The notes beneath the pieces are model-generated. The model worked only from the letters and a program-made list of their open reading frames with translations. It was not told where the DNA came from and did not search any database. Both the position numbers and the translations under genes were made by a program. From an uncultured Spirochaetota bacterium (GTDB lineage: Bacteria > Spirochaetota > Brevinematia > Brevinematales > JAOACQ01), in contig CAWAOD010000005.1 of assembly GCA_963783575.1 (NCBI GenBank), forward strand, positions 128,001-192,000: DNA of 64,000 nucleotides. The letters run 5' to 3'. Of this stretch, positions 32,752 through 42,082 are shown piece after piece. The first letter of the stretch is position 1. Each line of letters opens with the position of its first letter.

Positions 32752-34350
32752 TTATTTTTTGGCCATTAATTTTTCATTATTAATTCTTTTTTTGACATCA
32801 TCCTGATTAAAATCCGGTGGAGTTGGTTTAAAGCCTGTTTTATCCTCTAATTGGTAATCCTGCGTTTTTAATTGATAATCTCTTAATTCACTAATATCGA
32901 TTTCTTCAACAAGTAAAACATTATTACTCCCACCTTTGATTTGAAGAATATTTTTCCCCTCAGTTTTAAAAGGTTTTGTAATTCTAGAATCACCAAATTG
33001 AGAAGTATTGGATTGTAAAAAATAGCAATGGAGGTCTCTACTAGTTGCTTCTACAATATTTGAATAATAACTTGTATCTTTATTCCATTCTGAAGCAAAT
33101 ACTAAATCAATTTTTGATTTGAAAATACTTCGATGTACTATATCTGCAAGCTCAAAGCAATAATATATTGAAAAATAAATATTATGCCAATTTATTAAAT
33201 GATATAAATAATTTTTTTCATCAGGTATGGTAAAATGATATCCAGAAATCATTTTCTTTTCTGATGGAGAGTAATGATTCTTTATTCTAAATATAGGTAA
33301 AATATCTTTTCGTCCGTTTATTTTTATGGGAATAAAGCAAATAAGTATATTATAAATTGTATCATTTACTTTAATATGTTCTGATCCTATAATTATCATA
33401 ATTTCATTTATTGCTGAATTTCTTGCCACATCATAGATGTGATCCAAAGACAGACAACTTTCTGGGAAAAGAATTGTATCACAATGTTGTTCATGTGCCG
33501 ATTTTAAAATTTCAACTACTTTATCATAACTACTATGCTTTGAAATTCCTGATTTAATATTTTCTTCAATTTCATTTTCTTCAATCTTAATATTAGCAAT
33601 TCCAACTTTTATTTTATTTTTTTTGTTACTATATATATGAATTTCTAAAATATTAATTTTAGAAATAAATGTAGAATTCTCATTGTATATTTTTTCCTTT
33701 AAATCTTCATAATATTTTTTATCAATAATATTATCGATTTCTTTTTTATTAATATTTGAATAATCTGAGATATTATTATAATTTATCTTATTGTTTGATA
33801 GAAAATAGCACCTTAAAGAATCATCTAAAAAATTATTTTCTTCATAAATACCTTTGTTATCTCTTATTTTTCCTGAGAATAATTTTTCATAAAATTTCCA
33901 AGTAATGATTTCATATAATTTTATATTACGCGGAGAAAAAACTAATGAAAATAGATTAATTTTTGTTTTTTCTTTAATTAGTTCATCATAACTTTTATCA
34001 TAAGAAAAACCTTTATATTTAACAGCATCAAGAAAACCTAGGATTGGTTTCCTTAAAAATTGATATCTAATAAGATTGGAATGTGCAAATATAGATATAT
34101 AATTATTAATTTCATGAATATCAAATTCCCAATTTCCTCCATATTTTATGTAAGTATGGACAAAGTTTTCATTAGCTATAATTTCAAATTTAGTCCTATT
34201 TCTTTGTATAAAGTTATAATTAAGTGAAGTTGCCATTTCAAGGCTTAATATTAAATGTTCAAAAAGAGCGAAATAAATTTTATCACTAATATCTATATTA
34301 TCTGCTTTAATTATTGGAATTTCTTTACAGATTTTTTCAAAATTCTCCAA
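32752..34350 (-). CDS. C-terminal half of an RT-nitrilase protein: helical region plus carbon-nitrogen hydrolase domain
   Basis: Glu-Lys-Cys triad contexts LFPESCL, RIKNHYSPSE, YYCFELAD; NTSQFGDSRI. The frame stays open upstream into the RT ORF (YYQLWEKLFTFFVI). Confidence 0.88.
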   Translation of the reverse strand: MENFEKICKEIPIIKADNIDISDKIYFALFEHLILSLEMATSLNYNFIQRNRTKFEIIANENFVHTYIKYGGNWEFDIHEINNYISIFAHSNLIRYQFLRKPILGFLDAVKYKGFSYDKSYDELIKEKTKINLFSLVFSPRNIKLYEIITWKFYEKLFSGKIRDNKGIYEENNFLDDSLRCYFLSNNKINYNNISDYSNINKKEIDNIIDKKYYEDLKEKIYNENSTFISKINILEIHIYSNKKNKIKVGIANIKIEENEIEENIKSGISKHSSYDKVVEILKSAHEQHCDTILFPESCLSLDHIYDVARNSAINEIMIIIGSEHIKVNDTIYNILICFIPIKINGRKDILPIFRIKNHYSPSEKKMISGYHFTIPDEKNYLYHLINWHNIYFSIYYCFELADIVHRSIFKSKIDLVFASEWNKDTSYYSNIVEATSRDLHCYFLQSNTSQFGDSRITKPFKTEGKNILQIKGGSNNVLLVEEIDISELRDYQLKTQDYQLEDKTGFKPTPPDFNQDDVKKRINNEKLMAKK

Positions 34351-34373
34351 AAAATATTTATCATTATCCGTAA

Positions 34374-35846
34374 TTACAAAAAATGTAAATAATTTTTCCC
34401 ATAATTGATAATAAAAATAATATTCATTCCTATAAAAAATGATGTTAATAATTTTGCCTCTTTCAAACTATCTTTTCCTGGATTATTCTTATAATACTCT
34501 ATTTTTTTAGCCAGGTAAATTGATAGTCCGTATCGTGTTTCTTTGAAATCCTTAAGTGTTTTTAATTTTCCTTTACTGTCATCAAAAATAAATTCATACA
34601 TAGCATTATCTGAATCAATTTCCTCATTTTTGTTATCTGGTAATGATCTAAATTCACTACTGCTTTTTAATAATTCTTCTTTAAACTTATTAATTACTGT
34701 TGAGGGACCATACCTATCAAAATAAAAAACTTGTATTTTTTCTGTTTGTAAAAACAAGTTGTTTTTTTTAATTTTTATTAAGCCCTTATTATTTGGATCA
34801 TCCTCAAATATTTTATCAAACCTCTCATTGATATAATTTTGTAAATTTATATTATCTTTTATATAATCAGTTATTACTAATGATAAGTCATCAACATATC
34901 TTCCATAATAAATTGGTTTTATATTTTCAATTAAATCTTGATCAAAGTCTTTAAGGTACCAGTTACATAAAATACTAGATGACATCAAACCAATTGGTAA
35001 AAAAATTTTTTTGTCATTAACAATATGAGGTTTAAAATCAGTATTAAATTTATATTGATATACTTCATGAGTTTTTATAAAAATTTGTACCAAGGTATTT
35101 AAAACTTTATCTTTTTCGTCATATTTTAGAATATTGACATGCAAGTCATTTAAATCTAATCTTATACTGTGATAACAATCCTTAATATCTAAATTAACAA
35201 TTGAAATGCTATTACCTTTTTCATGTAGATCTTTTGCTTTATTAATGCAATTATCTCTCCATTTTTGATATTGTTTAATATATGGAATAAATAAAGGCCC
35301 GTCATATTTTATGTTTTTACTAGTTGTTAATAATAACCTATTACCATAAACACAATCATTAAAGTCTTTTTCAAGTTTGAACCCTATTTTTAAAATCCAA
35401 AGCACATTTAATATATGAATTTCAATTGGAGCATCAATAAAATATACTTCTTTCTTAATTTTATAATTATTCGTGTTTTTAATGTTATAAGTAATATTAT
35501 TATTTGTCTCTTCATTATTTTCTGTTTCATTAATATCATTATTTTTCATGAATGATTTTGGCAATAGGAATATTCTGATATCACGAAACAATTCATCAAA
35601 GTACGTTAAATTATTATTAATTAAATTTTCATATAAACTTTTTAATCTATGAATTAGAATTGGTTCATTAGTTTTAACCATTTTTCTATTTAAAAATGTC
35701 ATAAATGCTCTTCTAAACAAACTAAAAGAATCTCCTGATTCAAATATTGCCATTCTTTTTCTCAATACTAAATTAGTATTGTCATAATATACTTCCTGCT
35801 TTAGTTTTTTATATGCTATCATTAAATCAGATAATTCAATTGACAT
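34374..35846 (-). CDS. UG/Abi class-3 (DRT1-like) reverse transcriptase, N-terminal half of the RT-nitrilase fusion
   Basis: AYKKLK, DAPIEIHILNVLWI, YGNRL, QYQKWRD, LDIKDCYHSI, LPIGLMSSSILCNWYL, catalytic YYGRYVDD; AGGAG RBS before ATG. Confidence 0.9.
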   Translation of the reverse strand: MSIELSDLMIAYKKLKQEVYYDNTNLVLRKRMAIFESGDSFSLFRRAFMTFLNRKMVKTNEPILIHRLKSLYENLINNNLTYFDELFRDIRIFLLPKSFMKNNDINETENNEETNNNITYNIKNTNNYKIKKEVYFIDAPIEIHILNVLWILKIGFKLEKDFNDCVYGNRLLLTTSKNIKYDGPLFIPYIKQYQKWRDNCINKAKDLHEKGNSISIVNLDIKDCYHSIRLDLNDLHVNILKYDEKDKVLNTLVQIFIKTHEVYQYKFNTDFKPHIVNDKKIFLPIGLMSSSILCNWYLKDFDQDLIENIKPIYYGRYVDDLSLVITDYIKDNINLQNYINERFDKIFEDDPNNKGLIKIKKNNLFLQTEKIQVFYFDRYGPSTVINKFKEELLKSSSEFRSLPDNKNEEIDSDNAMYEFIFDDSKGKLKTLKDFKETRYGLSIYLAKKIEYYKNNPGKDSLKEAKLLTSFFIGMNIIFIINYGKNYLHFL

Positions 35847-36015
35847 AACTTGCTCCTAGTTAATTATTACCAAACTCTAAAATCTTTGTTTTCTTATATT
35901 ACAACCATTCATCTTATTAAAAAATTGATGGGGAAAAAAGCGAAAGGATGCGTGTCTTAGGAGCTTTAAGCCGAATGGTTAAAATTATAAAAATGAATCT
36001 CCATTACCCCCTATC

Positions 36016-36056
36016 AAAAAAAAGAGGGGATAAACTGCAATACGATTTATCCCCTC
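36016..36056 (-). terminator. Rho-independent terminator (minus strand)
   Basis: GAGGGGATAAA...TTTATCCCCTC stem with an A8 tract on the plus strand (U8 on minus). Confidence 0.75.
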
Positions 36057-36191
36057 AAAAGATTATATGGAAATGATAAACTAATTTACCAGGGTAGCAA
36101 TAAATGAAATTCCCATACCTGTCACAAACAGATTTCCCATAGAGAGGCTTGAAGATTACCTTTAATGAAAATTCATTAAAGGAAGGCAGGA

Positions 36192-37745
36192 ATGGTGAAA
36201 AATATTATGTATCAGGACATAAAAAAACTGAAACTTTTGGGGAAAAGTAAAAATGGTGTATCCCGGGAACTGTCAATAGATATTAAGACAGTCCGAAAAT
36301 ATTGGGCTATGAACGATTCCGAATACCAGAAAAGCCTGATGGAATTCTCTTTCCGTGAAAAAGAATTCGAAGGAATAAAAACAGACATATTGAAAGTATA
36401 TGAAAAGAATGATTACATCCGGCTGAATATGTCTGCTGTGTATGACTATTTATTGGAGGTAAAAGGCAAACTACCGGCGAATGAAAATACGATGAGGAAT
36501 TTCGTACATTACCTGATTGAAAGCGGGCAGCTTACCTTGAATGAAAAGCGCCGGTATTACACAAAAGTGCCTGACATGCCATATGGAAAGCAGCTCCAGC
36601 TTGATTTCGGTCAATATACCGACAGATATGGCAGAAGGTATTACATATTTGCCGCGGTGTTATCCGCCAGTCGTTTTAAGTATGCGGCCCTCCAGGAGAG
36701 GCCATTCCGGACAGAAGACCTGATCAATCATCTGTTGGACTGTTTCGCATATATGGGCGGGATACCGCATGAACTTGTCATCGATCAGGACTGCACGATG
36801 GTTGCGAGTGAGAACTCAGGCGATATCATCTACACGAAAGACTTTCAGTATTTCATCGGGGAAATGGGTCTTAAAATGTATGTGTGCCGACCTGCTGACC
36901 CGGAAAGTAAGGGAAAGATTGAAAACGTAGTCAAATTCATCAAGCACGGTTTCTTCTCAGTCCGGGAGTTCAACAGTTTAATGGAAGCGGAAGAAAGCCT
37001 GATGAAATGGCTGGAAAGAAAAGCCAACGGGAGAATATCCCAGGCTACAATGAAAATACCGCTGATAGAGATTGAAACGGAAAGACCATATCTCCAATCT
37101 GTCAGGAATTCGATATTCCGTAAAGACAGGATAGGAGCAAGGGAAGAGCGCAGTGTAAGCGATAAATGCCGGATCGCAGTTGATGCAAGCCAGTATGATA
37201 TTCCCGAAAAATACAGGAACGGTTCGGTGGACATCTACAAGACGGGCAGTCGGCTTTTTGTCTTTGACAGGATAACGGGAGAGCAAATCGCCGAATACCG
37301 GCTTTCAGTGATTCCGGGGCAGATTGTAACCAACAGGGCAATGATCCGGGAAATGGGAAAGACTGTGCAGTTATTGAAAGAAGAAGTAAGCGGGTACTTT
37401 GATATTCCCGGCTGGAAGGATTTTCTTGAATGTAATTTCAGGAAGTTCAATCGTTATGTAAGGGACCAATGTCTTTCCGGAAGAAAATACTTCAGGGACA
37501 AGATAATTGATACCGGGAAGCTTACACAAGCGATCTCAAACTGCCTGGAGAGTGATAGTTATTCCATGAAGGATTTGTGGGATAATTACCTGAACTGTTT
37601 TATAACAGAAAAGGCAGAAATACCCTTGAATGTTGAAAAGATTGTCAGGCCTTCAGTGAATCCTGAACACTATCTTGAAGTAGCTAAATCAGACATCGGG
37701 AAATACCAGAGTTTCTGTGACTCCATCGGGGGCCGGCAATGTTGA
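36192..37745 (+). CDS. istA: IS21 transposase
   Basis: N-terminal HTH, QLDFG, GGIPHELVIDQ, PESKGKIE. Confidence 0.93.
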   Translation: MVKNIMYQDIKKLKLLGKSKNGVSRELSIDIKTVRKYWAMNDSEYQKSLMEFSFREKEFEGIKTDILKVYEKNDYIRLNMSAVYDYLLEVKGKLPANENTMRNFVHYLIESGQLTLNEKRRYYTKVPDMPYGKQLQLDFGQYTDRYGRRYYIFAAVLSASRFKYAALQERPFRTEDLINHLLDCFAYMGGIPHELVIDQDCTMVASENSGDIIYTKDFQYFIGEMGLKMYVCRPADPESKGKIENVVKFIKHGFFSVREFNSLMEAEESLMKWLERKANGRISQATMKIPLIEIETERPYLQSVRNSIFRKDRIGAREERSVSDKCRIAVDASQYDIPEKYRNGSVDIYKTGSRLFVFDRITGEQIAEYRLSVIPGQIVTNRAMIREMGKTVQLLKEEVSGYFDIPGWKDFLECNFRKFNRYVRDQCLSGRKYFRDKIIDTGKLTQAISNCLESDSYSMKDLWDNYLNCFITEKAEIPLNVEKIVRPSVNPEHYLEVAKSDIGKYQSFCDSIGGRQC

Positions 37746-38488
37746 AGATAAGAGAACAAATCATAACTGCGCTTACAACTCTCGGGTTGAAGGGTATGAT
37801 AAAACGGATTGATGAGGAAATTGGTGAGGCTGAAAAGGCAAAAGAGTCTTATCTGAGTTTTCTGCAGAGGCTGCTTTCTCTGGAATTGAATTATAGAGTG
37901 GAAAAACGTTTTCAGCGGAATATGGCAGGAGCACACTTCCCGGTCCGCAAAGATGTGGAAGGTTTTAATTTTGAAAAAGTGAATGGAATATCTAAAATGG
38001 ATGTTTCACAGCTATTGGATTTCTGCTGGATTGATAATCATCATAACCTGTTGTTCTTTGGGTCTCCGGGGCTGGGGAAAACGCATCTGGCAATTAGTAT
38101 CGGAATCCGGGCAGTTGAAAAGGGATATATTGTCTGCTTTGAAAGGATGACTACTCTCATTAAGTTTCTGAAAACGGCGGACATCCAGAGAAGCTCTGCT
38201 TTCAGGCTGAACCGGATGATGAAGTCACACTTATTAATCATTGATGAGATAGGTTACACACCTATCGAAAAGAAGGAGGCAAATCTATTCTTTAGTCTTG
38301 TAAGTGAATTGTATGAAAAGACATCAATTGTGATAACATCGAATAAGGGATTTCAGGATTGGGCTGAAATGATGGGAGACCCGATTATGACAACAGCTCT
38401 TCTGGACAGGCTTTTACATCATTCAAATATTTATAACTTGAGCGGAGAATCTTACAGAATACAAAATTTGAATAAGGAGGTTGAGTAA
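37739..38488 (+). CDS. istB: IS21 ATPase helper
   Basis: GSPGLGKTHLA Walker A, LLIIDEIGY, LLDRLLH, GESYR. Confidence 0.95.
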   Translation: MLKIREQIITALTTLGLKGMIKRIDEEIGEAEKAKESYLSFLQRLLSLELNYRVEKRFQRNMAGAHFPVRKDVEGFNFEKVNGISKMDVSQLLDFCWIDNHHNLLFFGSPGLGKTHLAISIGIRAVEKGYIVCFERMTTLIKFLKTADIQRSSAFRLNRMMKSHLLIIDEIGYTPIEKKEANLFFSLVSELYEKTSIVITSNKGFQDWAEMMGDPIMTTALLDRLLHHSNIYNLSGESYRIQNLNKEVE

Positions 38489-38734
38489 CCATTCTTGCCT
38501 CCTCCTATGGGAAAAACTCTTGTGAAGCATATGGGAAATACTCTTGTGGAAGGGGTGGGAAATTACCCGAGTACAGGTATGGGAAAAACTCTTGACATTT
38601 CCATTATAGCACAATCGCAGCGTTAATGTCAACAGTTAAACCTGCAACTCGCGGAATGACGGGTCTTCTTTTCACCTGCACATCTTGTCTCAATACTTCG
38701 CGGAATGATTCTGGTTAGCTTGGAATTTTAGTAT

Positions 38735-38971
38735 TTCCGAACTGCAAAAAAGTACCTCAGAGGTACCTTTTTGTACTTCCGAACAGGAAAAAGGTACTTC
38801 GGAAGTACTAATTAATACCTCAGAACAAGAAAAAGCCAGTTCTGAAGTACCTTTTTCTTGTTCTTAACTTTGGCTCCGGGTTCTGAACCCGGAGTTTCTT
38901 GTCTTTTTCTCCGGCGTCCGGGTTCTGAAGTATTAAAAGCATGTTCGGGGGTAATTAACCGGAGTTTTGAA
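38735..38971. repeat. 21-bp-periodic array of TTCNGAA-like palindromic cores with variable 14-bp linkers (~12 cores)
   Basis: Units begin at 38735, 38756, 38777, 38798, 38819, 38840, 38861 (20 bp), 38881, 38902 (degenerate), 38923, 38944 and 38965. Confidence 0.85.
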
Positions 38972-38993
38972 CATGGTGAAAGTTTTTAAACCA

Positions 38994-39475
38994 GTGCTGG
39001 AAAAAGTTTCATTTGCAAAGGATTAACACAAAAATTGAATATAAGGTGCTATACAGCAGGTGAAATTATTAAAGAACAAAAGAATTTTGATAAGTAAATG
39101 ATATAAATGATAATCAAAGATTACTTATTGAAGGCATAAAATCACAAATAGATAAAAATCAATATTGTCTTCTGGATGGTCATTATACACTAATAAACTT
39201 AAAAAATGAAATAGTCAGAATTCCATTGGAAACTTTCAGATTAATTTCTCCAATAGCTTTATTATTGAAAATATGTAATGTGAAAGTCATTAAAAATCGT
39301 TTAAGAGATAGAGACGGAAATAATTATGATGAAGATTTATTAAATCGGATGCAGGAAGAAGAAATTTCTTATTTTGAAGAAGTTTCCTAACTGCTTTCTA
39401 TACCAAAAGTTATTATATCCGATAATCAAATTGAAGATATTATCAAATTTCTCATTGCGGATGGAATAATTAATG
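38994..39475 (+). pseudogene. Adenylate-kinase-like P-loop protein, disrupted
   Basis: SAGKSFICK...YTAGEII, frameshift near 39092, DNQRLLI...LLDGHY...IKNRLRDRD...MQEEE, in-frame TAA at 39388-39390, then runs into the start of the PIN-GNAT gene. Confidence 0.75.
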
Positions 39476-40990
39476 AGAGTCTTATTAGACACTAATATTA
39501 TTATTCACAGAGAAGCAAATCGGGTCATTAATCAAGATATTGGAATACTTTTTCATTGGTTAGATAAACTACATTATGAGAAATGTATTCATCCTTATTC
39601 CATCGATGAAATCAGAAAATATCAAGATCAAGATGTTGTTAAAACATTTGAAGCAAAAATTAAAAATTATAATGAATTGAAAACTATTTGCCCCGATAAG
39701 CCGGAAATTATTAAATTAGGAAACCAACTTGATCAAACTGATAATGATAAAATAGATACATCTATTCTTAGTGAATTATATTCAAATAGAGTTGATTATT
39801 TAATTTCAGAAGACAAGAAAATCCATAATAAAGCACGTCAATTAGGAATTTCTCAAAAAGTTTTTTATATTAATTCTTTTCTTGAGAAATTGACATTTGA
39901 AAACCCGGAATTTAAAGATTATAAGGTATTATCAGTTAAAAAAGAATATTTTGGTAACATTGACTTATCAGATACTTTTTTTGATACATTTAAAGAAGAC
40001 TATCCAGGATATGAAAAATGGTTTAATGGGAAGGCCAATGAAATCGCATATGTTTGCCATTCTGATCAAGGTAAGATATTAGCATTCTTATATTTGAAAA
40101 TAGAAAATGAAAAAGAAAATTATTATGATATTGAACCAATATTTTTGCCTAAAAGGCGGCTAAAGATTGGTACATTTAAGGTCATTAATAATGGGTATAA
40201 ATTAGGGGAACGATTTTTAAAAATTATTTTTGATAACGCTCTTAATTTCTCAGTACAAGAAATTTATGTAACAATTTTTAATAAACGGCCTGAACAGCAA
40301 AGTTTAATAACTTTACTTGAAAGTTTGGGATTCAGACATTACGGTATAAAAACTTCTTCCGGCACAGAACAAGTATATGTAAGAGATTTTAGTAAAAAAG
40401 TGAATATAACTGAACCAAGGATGACTTTTCCTTTTATATCATCAAATCAAAATATATTTATAATTCCTATTTATCCACAATACCACACAGAATTATTTCC
40501 AGATTCCATTTTAAGTACTGAATCACCTTATAATTTCGTTGAAAACGAACCTCATAGAAACGCAATTAAAAAAGTATATATATCAAGATCAATTGAGAGA
40601 AATTTATGCTCAGGCGATCTTATACTATTTTATAGAACAAAATATAACGGGCCAGCTTATTTTACATCCGTTATTACCACAATAGGTGTCGTTGAAAGCA
40701 TAAATGACAATATAAAAGATGAAAATGAGTTCATAAGTCTTTGCAGAAAAAGAAGCGTTTTTTCTGATAACGAATTAAAAAGTCATTGGAATTATAACAC
40801 AAGAAATAAGCCTTTCATTGTTAATTTTTTATATGTATACTCTTTTCCAATTCCAAGAATTAATCTTAAGCAATTAACAGAATATGGCATTATATCTCAA
40901 GCTCCAAGAGGATTTGAAAGAATTGAGAAGTCATGTTTTTTAATACTTTTAGAGGTTACAAATGCACAAAGAAGTTTTATTGTCGATTAA
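39473..40990 (+). CDS. PIN-GNAT-PUA/ASCH-like multidomain protein
   Basis: VLLDTNIII...DKID...LISEDK PIN; FFDTFKEDYPGYEKWF, LKIGTFKV, GYKLGERF, IYVT, LGF GNAT; IPIYPQYHTELFP...KKVYIS...GDLILFYRT C-terminal domain. Confidence 0.8.
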   Translation: MRVLLDTNIIIHREANRVINQDIGILFHWLDKLHYEKCIHPYSIDEIRKYQDQDVVKTFEAKIKNYNELKTICPDKPEIIKLGNQLDQTDNDKIDTSILSELYSNRVDYLISEDKKIHNKARQLGISQKVFYINSFLEKLTFENPEFKDYKVLSVKKEYFGNIDLSDTFFDTFKEDYPGYEKWFNGKANEIAYVCHSDQGKILAFLYLKIENEKENYYDIEPIFLPKRRLKIGTFKVINNGYKLGERFLKIIFDNALNFSVQEIYVTIFNKRPEQQSLITLLESLGFRHYGIKTSSGTEQVYVRDFSKKVNITEPRMTFPFISSNQNIFIIPIYPQYHTELFPDSILSTESPYNFVENEPHRNAIKKVYISRSIERNLCSGDLILFYRTKYNGPAYFTSVITTIGVVESINDNIKDENEFISLCRKRSVFSDNELKSHWNYNTRNKPFIVNFLYVYSFPIPRINLKQLTEYGIISQAPRGFERIEKSCFLILLEVTNAQRSFIVD

Positions 40991-41372
40991 ACCAACGTAT
41001 GTTCAAAGAATATTTGAAGGCAGTAAAAAATATGAATTTAGACGAGTTATTTTCAAAGAAAATAATATAGATAAGATTATTGTTTATGCCTCCGCACCAA
41101 TAAGTAAAATTGTAGGAGAATTTACAATAGAAAATATTATCTATGACAAATTAGATTATATTTGGGAATTAACGCAAAAAGAATCAGGCATATCTAAAGA
41201 TAATTACTATGATTATTTTGATTCCAAACATTATGGCTATGCAATTAAAATAAGTAAATACCTGAAATACGAAAATCCGATATGTTTAAAAGAAATTGGA
41301 ATTACTCCCCCTCAATCATTTATGTATATCAGTCTTAATACTCTTTGTGAAAATATCAAAATAGCGTTCTAA
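40962..41372 (+). CDS. ASCH-domain protein
   Basis: LLSIKPTYVQRIFEGSKKYEFRR (GxKxxExR), YASAP, PPQSFMY. Confidence 0.9.
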   Translation: MHKEVLLSIKPTYVQRIFEGSKKYEFRRVIFKENNIDKIIVYASAPISKIVGEFTIENIIYDKLDYIWELTQKESGISKDNYYDYFDSKHYGYAIKISKYLKYENPICLKEIGITPPQSFMYISLNTLCENIKIAF

Positions 41373-41400
41373 AATTGTCAAAATAAAAGGAGCCATAGCA

Positions 41401-42006
41401 TTGACTAATAATACAGATAACGATTACGCCCTTTTTGTATCAGAATTAAAGAATATTTTAAATGATAAAGAAATAATTGATGAAAGTGAAATAAAAAAAG
41501 TTTTTAAAATAGAACGATATGATAAAGGAAAATTTTTTGTGATGGAAGGTAATGTACCCGAAAAAATGGGCTTTATTACGAAAGGTCTTATGAAATATTA
41601 CTATATTGATTTTGATGGAAATGAGTGGATAAAGCACTTTGCTGCAGAAAAAAATATTGTTGCGTCTTATTCCAGCTTCCTGAATCAAATTCCTTCTCCC
41701 TATAGTATAGAAGTAATGGAGGATACGAGTATTTTGTCGATTAATTTTCATTCATATATCAATAAAATAAATAATTCGATGAAATGGTGCACTATTGCCA
41801 GAAAATACACCGAAAGAATTTATTTTGAAAAAGAAAAACGAGAAGCCAGTTTTTTGAAGGAAGACGGCAGTGAACGGTATTCCATTTTTTTGAAAGAATA
41901 TAAACACCTTATCGACAGAATCAGCATGAAGGACATAGCGTCTTTTTTAGGACTGACACATGTTTCCTTATCCCGTATAAGAAATAAAAAACAGGGTAAA
42001 AATTAA
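41401..42006 (+). CDS. Crp/Fnr-family regulator
   Basis: cNMP-binding beta-roll and IASFLGLTHVSLSRIR HTH. Confidence 0.88.
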   Translation: MTNNTDNDYALFVSELKNILNDKEIIDESEIKKVFKIERYDKGKFFVMEGNVPEKMGFITKGLMKYYYIDFDGNEWIKHFAAEKNIVASYSSFLNQIPSPYSIEVMEDTSILSINFHSYINKINNSMKWCTIARKYTERIYFEKEKREASFLKEDGSERYSIFLKEYKHLIDRISMKDIASFLGLTHVSLSRIRNKKQGKN

Positions 42007-42082
42007 CAAATGTTAATGTGCCTTCCATAATTTTCTGTTATACTCTTTTAAATCAAACAAAATTTAAAGGAGGATATGAATT

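Larger units (their letters stand above)
36074..38597 (+). mobile_element. IS21-family element (istA-istB)
   Basis: TG...CA ends with multiple ~24-bp subterminal repeats carrying TTTCCCA(TA), 3 on the left and 4 on the right. The left end is less certain and no direct TSD was found. Confidence 0.88.

Noticed and set aside
34400..34425. Programmed -1 frameshift joining RT and nitrilase
   Set aside because: No canonical X XXY YYZ slippery site with a downstream structure was found, and similar indels occur across the window.
34374..35846. Retron, group II intron or DGR reverse transcriptase
   Set aside because: No VTG retron motif, no intron domain V or maturase features, and no TR/VR pair or Avd gene seen; the downstream nitrilase points to UG/Abi class 3.
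38735..38971. CRISPR array
   Set aside because: The conserved part is only 7 bp, linkers are 14 bp and related to each other, and no cas genes are present.
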